From Vulcanimicrobiota bacterium (lineage in GTDB: Bacteria; Vulcanimicrobiota; Xenobia; Xenobiales; JADMJV01), in assembly GCA_050250895.1 (NCBI GenBank), contig JBFWNU010000001.1:2150210-2214209 (forward strand): DNA of 64,000 bases, written 5' to 3'. The notes below the pieces were generated by a model. The model was not told the DNA's origin. It made no database searches and saw only the letters and a program-made list of their open reading frames with translations. Numbering within the stretch: position 1 is the first letter of the stretch; the number at the start of each line of letters is the position of its first letter. Both the position numbers and the translations under genes were made by a program. Positions 17,688-28,153 of this stretch are shown here, piece after piece.

Positions 17688-18040
17688 GCTTCCCAGCTGC
17701 CATCATCGCGCCGAAAGACGACCCAGCTTCTGACCCGATACATTTGCCCTTCCTCGATCCAGGTGACGGGGTGCGAACTGACGTAGCGCTGGACCTGTTC
17801 GTCGGTGAACGTGCGCACGGTCACCTTCGGGGGTGGTCGGTGGGCCGGGGCAGGCGCTGACTGGACCGGCGCCTCGGCCACCTGCGTGGCTACCGGTTGC
17901 TGGGGTTGGTGCGGGGCCGAGCCGGGAGCCAGGGCCAGCGAGAGTAAGCACATCAAGACGACAAAGGCGAGAACGTAGCGCACTGGCTTAGATTCTGTGC
18001 CCACTTCAAGCGGTCCTCGTTGGAGGTCCTGGGCGCCCAT
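17666..18040 (-). CDS. hypothetical small exported/membrane-anchored protein
   Basis: Hydrophobic N-terminal segment ([19 protein letters not shown]) followed by a Pro/Ala/Gln-rich linker. Overlaps the ends of both neighbours; the real start is probably internal. Confidence 0.3.
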   Translation of the reverse strand: MGAQDLQRGPLEVGTESKPVRYVLAFVVLMCLLSLALAPGSAPHQPQQPVATQVAEAPVQSAPAPAHRPPPKVTVRTFTDEQVQRYVSSHPVTWIEEGQMYRVRSWVVFRRDDGSWEAHWTGWE

Positions 18041-20296
18041 CCACGGAAGGAACCGGCGGGGTCATCAGAGATGCGACAAGAGGTCAATTTGACCGGCGAG
18101 GGTTTTCAGCTCGAAATAGAGCGGGGCCGATTTGAATGGCCCGGCGACGGGTCATTGCGCTTCTATGGGATTCCTGGGGCGTATCTTTGGCTTGACCCTT
18201 CCATGAAGATGATGCTACTGCCCTTCGTGCAAGAGGTCGGTAGAGATCTATTCACTCTGTTGGTGGCCCGGTCATCGAGTCACGGTACCCGCGAAGACTA
18301 CGAACAGATGGTCAACGAGCTGGCCCCCACCTTCGACCAGGGCTTTTTGGCCTGGGGTGAGGCCGTTTCGACCGCTGGCTGGGGACGCTTTGAGCTGTGC
18401 GAGTGCCAGCCCGAGCGGTGCCACGCGGTGGTAATCATCCGCAACGCCTGGGAGCGCATTATGCAAGCCGGCCTGGCCGCCGACGAACGCTGGGGATGCC
18501 CTTTCCTGCAAGGCAAGATCATCGGCATCTTTTCCCATGCTTTCGGCCGCAACTGTTGGGCCGACGAGACCCGGCGCGACGACCTGGGCGAGCACGATGT
18601 GGCCTTCACGGTGGCCCCCTCGACCAAGACCATCGAAACCGAAATCGAGTTGCTCCGCCAGGCCAGTATGCAAGAGCGCGAGCGGGCCCTGGCCGCCGAG
18701 GTGCGCAAGAAGACCGACGAGTTGCAAGAGGCCCGGGCCGCCCTGGAAGAGTATTCTCGCCAACTCGAGACCAAGGTGGCCGCGCGCACCCGCGAGCTCG
18801 AGCGAAGCAACCTGCAATTGCGCGAGGCCAAAGCCAAGGCCGAAGAGGTCAACGAACTCAAGTCGATGTTCCTGGCCAGCATGAGCCATGAGATCCGCAC
18901 CCCCATGAACGGCGTGATCGGCATGACCAGCCTGCTCGAACGCACCGAACTCGATAGCGACCAGCGCGAATTCGTCGAGATTATTCGCAAGAGTGGCGAC
19001 TCGTTACTCAATATCATCAATGACATCCTCGATTTCACCAAGATCGAGGCTGGCCGGATCGACCTCGAGTCTCTGCCTTTCCAGCCCGAGGATGTGCTCG
19101 AAGAGGCCCTGGACCTGGTAGCCGCCCCGGCCACCGCCAAAGGTCTCGAGTTGGTCTCGCTGGTTTGTGACCAGTTGCCTCGACGGGTCGAAGGCGACCC
19201 TAGCCGGCTGCGCCAGGTGATGGTAAATCTGCTGGCCAACGCCGTCAAGTTCACCCGTCAGGGCGAAGCCCGGATCGAACTCTCGGCCCAATCAGAAGGG
19301 GATTTCTGGCGACTGGTCGGCAAGGTCAGCGACACCGGGCCCGGCATACCTCAGGCTCCTCGTCGCGATCTTTTCGAGCCCTTCGCGGGAGCCGTGATCT
19401 CCCGCGGCAAGGGCACCGGGCTGGGCCTGCCCATCAGCCGCCGTCTCTGTCGCTTGATGGGCGGCGACATCGGCTTCGAGACCGAGGTCGGGCGGGGGTC
19501 GACCTTCACTTTTTCGGCCCTCGTCCGAGCCCTTCCCAGCCAGGAGTACGAGCCTGAATTGACCGGTGCCGACATTCTGGTGATCGAGCCTGACCAGGGC
19601 CTTGGGGCCAGCCTGGTGGGGATGGTAGAGCGCCTGGGGGGCAAGGCTCGCCGATTGGCGGCCCCACCTCAGAGTTGGGGTCAAGAAGACGCGGTGTTGG
19701 TCAATTGGGCCGTTGGCAGCCAGCTCAAAGACTGCCCTCTACCAGTCGTGTTACTGGCTCCGCTCGGTTGTTCCAAGCGACCCGAACACGCCCTGACCCT
19801 GGTCCACAAGCCGGTCAAACGCTCCACGCTGGTGCGAGCGCTCAGGCCTCTCATCAAGCCGGGCGTAACTCGCCAGTCGCTGGACGACGGCGCCCAGAAT
19901 GGCGAGTTCTCTGGCCTCCGGGTTCTGTTGGTCGAGGACAATCTGGTCAACCAGAAGGTGGCCAGAATGATGCTGGCCCGACTGGGCATTCGAGCCGATC
20001 TGGCCAGCAACGGTCTGGAAGCGATCGAGGCGGTGGGGCGGCAACCTTACGATCTCATCCTCATGGATATTCAGATGCCTGAACTCGACGGCATCGGGGC
20101 CACCCACCGCATTCGCGACTGGGAAGAGCGAGAATCCCACCCGCGCCAGCGGATCGTGGCCGTCACCGCCGGGGCCATGGAGTCAGACCGCCAGCGCTGT
20201 CACCGAGCCGGGGTCGACGCCTTTTTGTCCAAGCCGTTCAAGTTACCCGAACTGGAACGGGCTATCCGAGCAGTTTTGCGGGAACCGCGAGGCTAG
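18020..20296 (+). CDS. hybrid sensor histidine kinase / response regulator with N-terminal uncharacterised sensory domain
   Basis: HisKA H-box [18 protein letters not shown]. HATPase_c (N, G1, G2 boxes: [15 protein letters not shown]). C-terminal receiver domain ([10 protein letters not shown]...[14 protein letters not shown]...K). Coiled coil before HisKA. Probable start at the internal Met (~18071). Confidence 0.85.
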   Translation: MEVLGAHPRKEPAGSSEMRQEVNLTGEGFQLEIERGRFEWPGDGSLRFYGIPGAYLWLDPSMKMMLLPFVQEVGRDLFTLLVARSSSHGTREDYEQMVNELAPTFDQGFLAWGEAVSTAGWGRFELCECQPERCHAVVIIRNAWERIMQAGLAADERWGCPFLQGKIIGIFSHAFGRNCWADETRRDDLGEHDVAFTVAPSTKTIETEIELLRQASMQERERALAAEVRKKTDELQEARAALEEYSRQLETKVAARTRELERSNLQLREAKAKAEEVNELKSMFLASMSHEIRTPMNGVIGMTSLLERTELDSDQREFVEIIRKSGDSLLNIINDILDFTKIEAGRIDLESLPFQPEDVLEEALDLVAAPATAKGLELVSLVCDQLPRRVEGDPSRLRQVMVNLLANAVKFTRQGEARIELSAQSEGDFWRLVGKVSDTGPGIPQAPRRDLFEPFAGAVISRGKGTGLGLPISRRLCRLMGGDIGFETEVGRGSTFTFSALVRALPSQEYEPELTGADILVIEPDQGLGASLVGMVERLGGKARRLAAPPQSWGQEDAVLVNWAVGSQLKDCPLPVVLLAPLGCSKRPEHALTLVHKPVKRSTLVRALRPLIKPGVTRQSLDDGAQNGEFSGLRVLLVEDNLVNQKVARMMLARLGIRADLASNGLEAIEAVGRQPYDLILMDIQMPELDGIGATHRIRDWEERESHPRQRIVAVTAGAMESDRQRCHRAGVDAFLSKPFKLPELERAIRAVLREPRG

Positions 20297-20303
20297 TTCC
20301 TCG

Positions 20304-22400
20304 ATGGAGAGCCCCTTTCAGGGCAAGGTGATTCGTTTCTTCAAGGAGCGGCTGGCCGCCACCGATGGCTATGAGCATCGCACTGCCCAGCTGGAAATGA
20401 CGGCGGCCGTGGCCTGGGCCATCGAGAATGAAGAGCTGCTGGTGGTCGAAGCCGGCACCGGCACCGGGAAGTCGCTGGCCTACCTCGTTCCCGCTCTGCT
20501 GTGGGGGGCCACCAGTCACAAGCCGGTCATCGTCTCGACCCGCACGCTCAACTTGCAGCAGCAGATTGTCGAACACGACCTGCCGCGGTTGGCCGGGTTG
20601 CTCAGTTTCGTTCCCGAGGTGGTCCAGGCTCGGGGGTGGTCCAACTACGTCTGTCTTCGGCGCTTGTATGGCTTGCCCGGTTCGGGGGCCCCGGCCGAGC
20701 TCGAAACCGAGGCGCAGGCTCTCACCGAGCAGCTCTCCAGGGGAGCGTCGGGCATTCGCCAGGAGCTCGAGGTGGATCCGGCGTTGTGGAATCGCATCCA
20801 CTGCGACTCGAGCGCATGTGGACGCCAGAGCTGTCCCTATTATGAAGACTGTTACTTCTTTCAAGAGCGGCGCAAGTTGGAGCGGGCCGACCTGGTGGTG
20901 ACCAATCACTCGCTGGTGATGTCCGATCTGGCTTTGCGCCAGGCCGGGGCCCCGGGCGTCTTGCCCGATCGTAGTTGCCTGGTGCTTGACGAAGGCCATC
21001 ATCTCGAAGAGGTGGCCACCCAGCATCTGGGTCGGTCGTTCGGCAAATACCAGTTTGCTCAATTGATGACCAATCTCTACGATGCCTCGACCGTACTCGA
21101 CAAGTCGGGCTATCTGCCCGGTTTGCGCGAACGGCTGGCCAAGGCCCCCTTAGAGGCCCAGGATAAGCAGAAGGTATTGGCCATCGTCGACCACCAGATG
21201 CTGGCCGCCATTCCTCCTCTCGAGCGGACCGCCGACGAGTTCTTCGAGACGGTGGCCCTGCTCTTGGCCGAAAGCGACGGCAAGCGCCAGTTGCTCAGCC
21301 AGGACTTCGAGCATGAAGTGGGCCAACAGCTGCGTCTGCTGGGGGCCGAGCTGGCCGGCCAGCTGGCCGCCCTGGGACGAGCGTGTGGTGAGGTTTGCGA
21401 ATGTCTGACCGAGGTCGAGATGGTGGGGGCCTCTGAGGTGACCGTCGAGCTGGGCGGTTATGTCTCGCGGCTCAAGGGAATGGCCTCGGACCTCGAGTTC
21501 TGTCTGTTTCCCGAGTCGGAAGACTGGGTCTATTGGGCCCAGGATAGTGCTCGCGACACGGCCCTGGCGGCCACCCCCCTCGAGATCGGGGAGCTGCTTC
21601 GTCAGCATCTGTTCGAAGAGGCCCGCAGCCTGGTGATCACGTCGGCCACCCTGGCCGTCAACCAGAGTCTCAGGTTTTTCGAGGAGCGGGTGGGACTGAG
21701 CGGTTCTTCGCGTCTCAACAGCCTGTGCCTGGAGAGCCCGTTCGATTTTGCCAACCAGGTCTATCTGGGAGTGGCCACCGGTCTGGGCGACCCCGGCTCG
21801 GGAGATTTTCTGCGCCAGGCGATTCCGGCCGTGGTCGATGTGGTCACGGCTTTGCGCGGCAAGAGCTTTTTACTGGTGACCTCGTGGCGCTTGCTCAAGC
21901 AGCTGGAAGGAGAGCTCAGGCCTTTACTAGAGACCGAGGGGATCGGCTTGCTGGTGCAGGGGCAGGCCTCGGGAGGGGCTCTGCTGGAGGCTTTTCGGGG
22001 CGGAGGAGACTATCTGCTGATCGGGACCGACTCGTTTTGGGAAGGGGTCGACGTGCCGGGCGAGGCCCTCAGCTGCGTCATCCTCGGACGCCTGCCTTTT
22101 CGCGTGCCCACCGATCCGGTCGTGGCGGCCCACTCGCGGCGCCTCGAGCGCCAGGGCCAGGATCCGTTTCGCCATTACCAGCTGCCGCTGGCGATTCTCA
22201 AGTTTCGCCAGGGCTTTGGACGTTTGATCCGAACCTCGAAGGACCGGGGAATCGTGCTGATTCTCGACCATCGGGCCCGCACTCGCGGTTACGGGCGGGA
22301 TTTTCTGGCCAGCCTGCCACCTTGCCGGCGGCGGGCCGGCCCGCTCCAGGGTCTGGTGAGAGAGTCGCTCGAGTGGCTGACCGCCGAGCCCGTCTGGTAG
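20304..22400 (+). CDS. dinG: ATP-dependent DNA helicase, DinG/Rad3-like (DEAD_2 family)
   Basis: Walker A VVEAGTGTGKSLAYLVPA. DEGH box (LVLDEGHHL). Conserved Cys residues for the FeS domain (CLRR..C..C..YYEDC). C-terminal helicase motifs (LVTSW.., GTDSFWEGVD). Confidence 0.8.
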   Translation: MESPFQGKVIRFFKERLAATDGYEHRTAQLEMTAAVAWAIENEELLVVEAGTGTGKSLAYLVPALLWGATSHKPVIVSTRTLNLQQQIVEHDLPRLAGLLSFVPEVVQARGWSNYVCLRRLYGLPGSGAPAELETEAQALTEQLSRGASGIRQELEVDPALWNRIHCDSSACGRQSCPYYEDCYFFQERRKLERADLVVTNHSLVMSDLALRQAGAPGVLPDRSCLVLDEGHHLEEVATQHLGRSFGKYQFAQLMTNLYDASTVLDKSGYLPGLRERLAKAPLEAQDKQKVLAIVDHQMLAAIPPLERTADEFFETVALLLAESDGKRQLLSQDFEHEVGQQLRLLGAELAGQLAALGRACGEVCECLTEVEMVGASEVTVELGGYVSRLKGMASDLEFCLFPESEDWVYWAQDSARDTALAATPLEIGELLRQHLFEEARSLVITSATLAVNQSLRFFEERVGLSGSSRLNSLCLESPFDFANQVYLGVATGLGDPGSGDFLRQAIPAVVDVVTALRGKSFLLVTSWRLLKQLEGELRPLLETEGIGLLVQGQASGGALLEAFRGGGDYLLIGTDSFWEGVDVPGEALSCVILGRLPFRVPTDPVVAAHSRRLERQGQDPFRHYQLPLAILKFRQGFGRLIRTSKDRGIVLILDHRARTRGYGRDFLASLPPCRRRAGPLQGLVRESLEWLTAEPVW

Positions 22401-22456
22401 AATAGGCGGCGAAACTCGGGCTTTGCGTTCGGGTTGGACCAGAGTGGAGGTCGATC

Positions 22457-23092
22457 ATGCGGCTGAAATTACTACTGTTTCTTTGCCTGGCCTGGTGTTG
22501 TCCGGCCGTAGCCGATTCACGCGTCGAAGCCATCTTCGAGAAGGTCAAAAACGTCAACCCCAAACTGGTCGACTATGCGGCCGATATCGACATCGATCTG
22601 GTGGTGCGGGTCGGCTTTATCCCTTACCGCCCCGAGGCTAACGGTAAGTATTACTATAAAAAGCCTGATCACCATAAACTCGAACTGCAGAAGGCCCCCG
22701 GTTATCTCAAGGATTATCCCAACATCTTTGGCTGGTCCCTGCCTTCACTCGAGAAGTACAACTCGGTGGTGCAACAAGAGACGGAGTGGCGGGGTCAACC
22801 CGTCTATTACGTCGTGCTTTTGCCTAAAGGCACCCAGGGCGATATCCAGCGCATCGAAATGTGGATCCATCGCAAAGACCATACCGTTCCTCGCCAGATC
22901 ACCTACTACTCTGGCAATGGCAAGCTCGAGGTCCAGGGCACTTACGCGCGCCACGACGGCTATCTGGTCTTTGACAAGATGCAGGCCAGTTTTGACTTTC
23001 CCAAAGCCTCGGTCCAGGCCCAGGCGGTGGCCGACTACACCAATTATCGCTTCAATCTGGGCCTCAGCGACGAGTTCTTCAACACGCCCTGA
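22457..23092 (+). CDS. secreted LolA-like/outer-membrane lipoprotein-sorting fold protein
   Basis: Clear signal peptide MRLKLLLFLCLAWCCPAVA. Size and beta-rich composition resemble LolA-like periplasmic proteins. Good SD (GGAGG) 7 nt upstream. Visibly AT-richer than the flanking genes. Confidence 0.5.
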   Translation: MRLKLLLFLCLAWCCPAVADSRVEAIFEKVKNVNPKLVDYAADIDIDLVVRVGFIPYRPEANGKYYYKKPDHHKLELQKAPGYLKDYPNIFGWSLPSLEKYNSVVQQETEWRGQPVYYVVLLPKGTQGDIQRIEMWIHRKDHTVPRQITYYSGNGKLEVQGTYARHDGYLVFDKMQASFDFPKASVQAQAVADYTNYRFNLGLSDEFFNTP

Positions 23093-24218
23093 ACCCAGCC
23101 TGGCTTTCGAGCCAGTCCATCATACTGACGGCCCCCGGCTCCTGAGCGCAGTGGTGCTGCAGATCGCGGTGGAAGGTCTTGAGCATTTGGCTCAACTGGT
23201 CCTTCAAGAGGACTCGCCTGGCCTGACGGGCCTCGTCTTCGAGCAGTTGATGGCGGGCTGAGTCATAGTTCAGGCTGCTCGTCCCCGACGCCATCGACGA
23301 TCCCGGCAATCCCAGGTCGAGCCGTTCCTGGTCGATGACGACCCCTTCACGAACCCAATGGATGGTGGTTTCGGGCCGGGTCCGCTGGCTGGGGGGCGAC
23401 AGCCAGAAATAGGCGCCGCAGGCGTAGGTGGTGGGCCCTATCGTGGCTGGGCCGGGGTCGGCCAGGGGGCCGACCAGTTGCGTGGTGGAATAGAAACGCT
23501 CACCCGAGCCGTGGCTGGCGGTCCGCACCGTACACTCTCCGTGACAGTGGCGTAGCAGCGCGTCGCCGGACACTTCGGCCCAAAGGTCGGGCTGATACTC
23601 GAGATAGACGCGCTCAGCCTGGGGCAGGCCCCGCGGAGGTCGCACCCGAGCGCTGTCGAGGAAGGTCTGGCAGGGGGCAAAGCCACAGCAACCCGCCACC
23701 GCCAGGTGCTGGTTGCTGTTGCGCCAGATGGTCTCACGCAATTGCTGCCAGAAGCTGCCGGTATCGGGGCGAACCAGGCTGATGCCGGCCTCGGGCTCGG
23801 CCGTCAGGGCTCCCAGTTCGCGGGTGAGTTCAACCTGGTCCTGGCCGGTCATGATGCCCACCTCGCCGGTCTTGACATCCCAGACTCGGGCGGTCGACCC
23901 CTCGCAGGTCGTGATCCGGAGGGCACAAGCCAGCAGATGTTCGGGGTCGCTGCCTGGATGGGGGTCCTCGAGAGCGGCCAGCACTTTGGGGACCGACAGA
24001 CTCGCACCCAAAAAGCGCAGCCGGACCTCGCGTCGCCCCACTTTGACGTCGATGCTGTGGGCTCCGGCGGCCACCCCGGCTCGAAAAGCGGTCAGCACGC
24101 CGAAGGCCGGCTGGTGGCTGGTGTCGGGAACACCCTGACGGGAAGATCCCCCCGAACTACCTGGGCCCCCACCCGGCTCTACCACCAGAAAATCGTCCAA
24201 AGACCGAAAAGGCTTCAC
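23079..24218 (-). CDS. hypothetical protein
   Basis: 379-aa ORF with no recognisable motifs. Gly/Pro/Ser-rich N-terminus. Confidence 0.35.
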   Translation of the reverse strand: MKPFRSLDDFLVVEPGGGPGSSGGSSRQGVPDTSHQPAFGVLTAFRAGVAAGAHSIDVKVGRREVRLRFLGASLSVPKVLAALEDPHPGSDPEHLLACALRITTCEGSTARVWDVKTGEVGIMTGQDQVELTRELGALTAEPEAGISLVRPDTGSFWQQLRETIWRNSNQHLAVAGCCGFAPCQTFLDSARVRPPRGLPQAERVYLEYQPDLWAEVSGDALLRHCHGECTVRTASHGSGERFYSTTQLVGPLADPGPATIGPTTYACGAYFWLSPPSQRTRPETTIHWVREGVVIDQERLDLGLPGSSMASGTSSLNYDSARHQLLEDEARQARRVLLKDQLSQMLKTFHRDLQHHCAQEPGAVSMMDWLESQAGFRAC

Positions 24219-24262
24219 TTACCTCTAAGTTCGGGGGCCGCGCAAGGGCCCCTTCCCCGGGG

Positions 24263-24808
24263 CTAGGAGCGCGGGGCTGCCTGCATCAACCAGTCTTCAT
24301 AGTCGATGATGCCCAGATAGTGGCTGCCCTCGGGGCTCGGTTCGAAGACCATCGCGTCACCTTCGTCGATATCGCTGAACTTTTCGGTGACGTGGCCGTG
24401 GGCCACCAGCACGGTGTTGGTGCCGGGTTCAGGCTGATGGTTCAGGCGCCTCTCGATACGTTCGCCCAGGTCGCCGTCATAGACTAGAGGAGTCAGATCG
24501 CTGATGGCTTCGGGTTCCCTCAGGTCCATTCCCAGGGCGGTGTCTTCGGCACGCCGGAACTCGCTACACAGCACGTGGTCGATCTTGAGATCCATGTCTC
24601 GAATGGCCTGGCCCAGGTGATAGGCCTGATCCCAGCCGTGATCGTCGAGTTGACGGGTCAGGTTGGGGTCGGTAGTGCGCCACCAATCGGGAAAGTCCGA
24701 GGTCTTCTCGTCGTGCCCGAGTTCGGCCGAGCCGTGGCGAAAATAGAGGACGTAGCCCCCGTTTCGCAGCCGGTTGGGGTCGAACTTCGGCTGTGCTGCT
24801 GAAATCAT
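24263..24808 (-). CDS. histidine phosphatase family protein (phosphoglycerate-mutase-like)
   Basis: RHG catalytic motif (LYFRHGSAE) near the N-terminus and a second His (VLVAHGH) toward the C-terminus. Confidence 0.7.
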   Translation of the reverse strand: MISAAQPKFDPNRLRNGGYVLYFRHGSAELGHDEKTSDFPDWWRTTDPNLTRQLDDHGWDQAYHLGQAIRDMDLKIDHVLCSEFRRAEDTALGMDLREPEAISDLTPLVYDGDLGERIERRLNHQPEPGTNTVLVAHGHVTEKFSDIDEGDAMVFEPSPEGSHYLGIIDYEDWLMQAAPRS

Positions 24809-24894
24809 GACAGCCTCAACCTAACCGACCGGGGCCAACCCGGTGCGAGACGTCTTGTTAACTTTTTTTCAGTCGGACCTGCTAGTCTGACGGA

Positions 24895-25815
24895 GTGACT
24901 ACCATCGGCAATCGCTATCCGCCCGGCTCCTACAAGCAGCAGCAAGATTTCTACGATGTCAAGCCCGAAGAGGACCGCCTCTGTGGCGTGGTCTTCCAGC
25001 AGGATGCCAGCGGGCAGATGAGGCCCCTGAAGTGGTCCGGTGAAACCAGCCATGAGACGGGGCCAGGCGGGCCCGACATCGGTCCCGAGGCCGTGGCCCG
25101 AGACACGGTCCTGATCACGGTGGACGGCATACATCAGAGCTTCGAAGAGCACCAGCGACAGATTCACGAACTCTTGCATGAGGGGTCCGACCTCGGGGTC
25201 GCCTGGCCGGCCGATGTGATCGGTATTCACGAAGGCAGTGGGACCACCATCCTTCACGATAGCGCTCGCCAGGCCGGCAACCTGCTCGCTCTCAAGAGCG
25301 CCGAAGCCGGCCTGATGCCTCCGGCCTGGGCCGAGAGCAAGATTTTTGCCAATGACCCGGCCGTCAAGGCCGTCCGCGATCAGGTGCAACAGTGCCTGGA
25401 CAACGGTCGCAAAGTGATTCTGATGACCCACAGCGGGGGCGGGATCGAGTCGGCTCTGGCTCTGGCGCTACTGGCCGGCCAGGGCAATGGGGCCTATAAG
25501 GAGGCCATCGGCTCCAGGGTGCGAGTGCTTTCTCTAGCTTCGGGCGTGGCCCGCGAAGACTTCGAAGCCGCCGGGGTCAAGCGCGACAATATCTACTACA
25601 CCGGCAGTCGCACCGATCTGGCCTGGCAACTGGCCAAACAGTTCCTGCCCGATGGTCTGGGAGCGGCGCTGAAAGGCATCTATTACTGGGCCGACGGGGC
25701 CCCCTCCGAAGAGATCCTGGCCCACTCGCCAGACTATCTCTTTGCTGCCAATGGCACAGAGTCGATCAAGGCTTTCCTCGACGGCGGTCCCGGCGGCTAT
25801 TTCGAAGTTCCGTGA
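24895..25815 (+). CDS. hypothetical protein, possible alpha/beta-hydrolase-like (MTHSGGG elbow)
   Basis: 306 aa. ILMTHSGGGIES resembles a nucleophile elbow. No other firm motifs. Confidence 0.4.
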   Translation: MTTIGNRYPPGSYKQQQDFYDVKPEEDRLCGVVFQQDASGQMRPLKWSGETSHETGPGGPDIGPEAVARDTVLITVDGIHQSFEEHQRQIHELLHEGSDLGVAWPADVIGIHEGSGTTILHDSARQAGNLLALKSAEAGLMPPAWAESKIFANDPAVKAVRDQVQQCLDNGRKVILMTHSGGGIESALALALLAGQGNGAYKEAIGSRVRVLSLASGVAREDFEAAGVKRDNIYYTGSRTDLAWQLAKQFLPDGLGAALKGIYYWADGAPSEEILAHSPDYLFAANGTESIKAFLDGGPGGYFEVP

Positions 25816-26518
25816 AATAGCAACAATATCTGCTGGCTTCGGCAACAATCTGTTAACAAGTCTTGATCTTTTTGCCTCTTTACTCGGGTAGGGTCGCGCG
25901 GTAGATCCATCTCAGGAGGAGTGCGGCTTGAGGTCGGTTAGTTCACGCGGCACGGATTGCCATTTTCGCGATCCGTTCAAGCAGGACAAAGGCTCGGACA
26001 ACAAACAGGGTTCGAGCCTTGGTGCCAAGGAAGTCAAGGCGCCCAAACCGATCCCCCTCCCCGAGAACCCTCACGACGACCATGCCGACACCGGTCCCAA
26101 CGCTCTAGCCACGCCCACCGACCATGTGGTGCTCTCGGCCGAGGCCAAGAAGGTGGCCCGGGTCCAATCCCGACCCAGTTCCCACCAATTGCGCCGTTCC
26201 GGTCGCAAGAGCCTCACCCCCGGCCTGAATCGTCTCGCCCAGAAGGCTTATCACGAGCCGAAGCCCCCCCAAGAAAGCGGCCACAACATTCTCCTGGCCG
26301 GTCTCTACGAAAACTGGGCTTAGGGCTTGTCAGGAAACAACTCGTGCATTCGGGGCGCCGGTCCTGGGCAAACAGGTTTTTGGGAGGACATCCCATCCCG
26401 ATGCCGATTTAGCCCATGCGCGGGTTGGACTGCGCCTGGAGTTGGAAATGGGATTTATCATCGGGTTTGTGCTGTTTTTGATCGCCCTCGAATGGCTTTG
26501 GCGCGAGAGCGTGCGGGG

Positions 26519-28153
26519 CTAAGCCCCGGCCGGCAGCAGAAACGAAAAAGTCGAGCCTTTGCCAAGTTCGCTGGTGACCCAGATGCGCCCCCCGTGGGCC
26601 TGGACCAGCGCCGAGGCCAACCATAGGCCGAGCCCGGTCCCGGGCACGAGCGAATGGTCTCCCACGCGCTGGAATTTCTGGAAGAGCTTCTGCTGGTCCT
26701 CGGGCGAGATGCCGACGCCCTCGTCCTTGACGGAGACGGCCACACCTCGGTCGTCTTGACGGCAGGAGATCTCCACCCGTCCCCGACCCATCGAGTATTT
26801 GATTGCATTAGAGATCAGATTGCAGAGGATCTGGCGGAGCTTCTGGGGGTCGGCGTGGGCGGTGGTGGTGGGCGGGATGCGATTCACCAGAGAGGGACCC
26901 TGCTCGTGATCGAAGACCGCCCGCTGAACGAATTCGAACTCTTCCTCCACCAGTCGGTGCAAGTCCACCTGTCGGCGGTCAAGCCGCAACTCCTGGCCAC
27001 CGGTAATGCCGGCCACTTCGAGATAGGCCTCGATCAAGTTTTCGGCGCGGCTGCCTGCGTCCAGAATCTTGGCCGTAAGATTGCGAATCTGACCGAGATC
27101 GTCCACCATCTCGATCAGCTTGGCACAACCTCGCACCACCGTCAGGGGGTTCTTCAGGTCGTGGCTGGCAATGTTGAGAAAGTTGGCCAGGGCTTCGCGG
27201 CGGGCCTCGAGTTGGCGAGCTTCTAGCTCGCGCTCGTGAGCCTCGCGCCGCAGCTTCTCCGAGGATAGGGCCGTGGCCAACAGCCCGCCCACCGCGCGGA
27301 TGAAGTGGAACTCGCTGTTTTCGAGAGGCACCGACGGGGTGGGACTATCCACGCACAGCACTCCCAGGGGAACACTCGCGGAAGACATCAAAGGCACGTA
27401 CACGGCGCTTCGAATGCCGTGCATTTTGGCGCTCTCGCGGGCCTTGGGGCTCTCTTGGAAGCTCTCCGAGAAAAGCAGTGCCTCGCCCTGCTCGACCGCG
27501 TAGGCGGCCAGGCTGCGACTGACCGGTCCGCTGCTGACGCCGGCCTTTTCGAGTTGCTGAGGGGCTACCAGAAAGCGAAAGGAGCCGTCCTCTTCCGGCG
27601 GCCACGCAATCAACGAGATGCGCTGGGCCGTCGGGATGACTTCGTTGAGCCGGCGCAGGGTCCGGTCCAGAGGAATCTCCTGGCTCGAGCCCAGCAGCAG
27701 ATGGATCAGCTCGGCCAGGGCGGTGACGTAGAGGGCCTCGCGCTGGGTGGCGGCCAACGCCTCCTCGAAACTGGAGCGGTCGGCCTTGCCTCGCATTCGC
27801 AAGCGCATGCCGTCGCCAAACTCGAAGGCCAGTCGAGTGGTTTCGTCGTCGTCGAGCAGGCGTAGCCGGGTCTGGCCGAGCAAGATCTGGCGACCAGGCT
27901 CGAGACAGATGCGCTCGGCCAGACGCCGCCCATCGTGCCAGCTGCCATTGGAGCTGCCAATGTCTTCATACCAGACCTGTTGATCTTCAAGCCACAGGCG
28001 ACCGTGGCGCCGCGAGAGCATGTCATCGCCGGCCAGTTCGAGATCGGCCTTGCCGCCGGGGCGGCCAACGAAGATCTCTTCCGCGCCGACTTGCGCCTGG
28101 ACGACCTGTCCGTCGGGGCGAGTGAATTCAACCTTCACGCGATTGCTTTCAAC
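26519..28153 (-). CDS. FHA-GAF sensor histidine kinase
   Basis: FHA-like segment (VGRPGGKADLELAGDDMLSRRHGRLW...GSSNGSW). GAF-like middle region. HisKA (IASHDLKNPLTVV) and HATPase_c (DEGVGISPED, GTGLGL). The ORF in the track extends to 28366 but overlaps the upstream gene; the start is probably a GTG near 28150. Confidence 0.75.
   Translation of the reverse strand, partial: VESNRVKVEFTRPDGQVVQAQVGAEEIFVGRPGGKADLELAGDDMLSRRHGRLWLEDQQVWYEDIGSSNGSWHDGRRLAERICLEPGRQILLGQTRLRLLDDDETTRLAFEFGDGMRLRMRGKADRSSFEEALAATQREALYVTALAELIHLLLGSSQEIPLDRTLRRLNEVIPTAQRISLIAWPPEEDGSFRFLVAPQQLEKAGVSSGPVSRSLAAYAVEQGEALLFSESFQESPKARESAKMHGIRSAVYVPLMSSASVPLGVLCVDSPTPSVPLENSEFHFIRAVGGLLATALSSEKLRREAHERELEARQLEARREALANFLNIASHDLKNPLTVVRGCAKLIEMVDDLGQIRNLTAKILDAGSRAENLIEAYLEVAGITGGQELRLDRRQVDLHRLVEEEFEFVQRAVFDHEQGPSLVNRIPPTTTAHADPQKLRQILCNLISNAIKYSMGRGRVEISCRQDDRGVAVSVKDEGVGISPEDQQKLFQKFQRVGDHSLVPGTGLGLWLASALVQAHGGRIWVTSELGKGSTFSFLLPAGA

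Noticed and set aside
18298-19254. 318-aa Ser/Arg-rich minus-strand ORF and other long antisense ORFs (e.g. 39804-40331 -, 55309-56043 -, 60170-61132 -, 63290-63943 -)
   Set aside because: Each is embedded antisense in a gene with strong domain evidence. Low-complexity Arg/Ser/Gly/Ala composition is typical of spurious ORFs in high-GC DNA.
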